Shown here: positions 63,730 to 64,000 of the stretch, one piece after another
Numbering within the stretch: position 1 is the first letter of the stretch
Layout: each line of letters begins with the position of its first letter
Assembly (NCBI RefSeq): GCF_018977255.1
Contig: NW_024704742.1
Span: 46,564,001-46,628,000 of the forward strand
Direction: 5' to 3'
DNA from: Callorhinchus milii
Taxonomy: Eukaryota
Length of the DNA: 64,000 nucleotides
Notes under the pieces: generated by a model
Told to the model about the DNA's origin: nothing
Database searches by the model: none
The model's input: only the letters and a program-made list of their open reading frames with translations
Program-made: the position numbers and the translations under genes

Positions 63730-64000
63730 AAAGATCACAGAAGCTATAAAATGCAGTCAACATGGAATCAAGGACCTCAGAAATCTACTGAAACTCTTGA
63801 CGAAGAATCTAATCTAGAGGATGATGGCAATCCATCAGAGGCCACTTGATAAAATTCCACATATGATATTTCTAAAGGTTAAATCTCATGGAACATAATA
63901 CTAGGAGGCCAAAGGTAAATAGAAAAGGCTTCACCTGGGGCAATGACTAGCAGAGATCCATAACGGTCTGTTCCTAGATTCCCTGTTGTTCTCAGTATTC
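63730..64000 (+). mobile_element. Ancient CR1 RT remnant
   Basis: Traces of DKIPH, KVKSHG and a degenerate VTSGVPQGSVLGPLLF. Confidence 0.5.

Overview
Vertebrate genomic DNA, almost certainly from a cartilaginous fish; the repeat set suggests a chimaera such as Callorhinchus (inference). The minus strand carries the last 12 coding exons of ARAP2, from 62456 down to the stop at 15436. They encode the C-terminal half of the RhoGAP domain, the RA domain, PH5 and the C-terminal tail. All introns are GT-AG and phase-compatible, giving about 477 aa of continuous ORF; the 5' part of the gene lies beyond the window end. Positions 1-15400 hold the 3'UTR and intergenic DNA. Introns and flanks are dense with L2 and CR1 LINE fragments, a tRNA-derived SINE family, older Deu-domain SINEs and simple repeats. 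Most ORFs in the supplied track are repeat fragments or spurious. The most notable non-obvious signals are: a fossil PIF1-type helicase ORF (48180-48830, minus) beside an unclassified GC-rich insert; a Penelope-type fold-back element with a 12-bp TSD and related hammerhead-ribozyme cores; a TTAA-flanked Kolobok/T2-like MITE with perfect TIRs; an intragenic CpG-rich promoter-like patch upstream of an RA-domain exon; and an unclassified repeat present twice near splice acceptors. No intact novel multi-gene system is evident. Repeat boundaries are approximate, and family assignments come from recalled motifs, not database searches.
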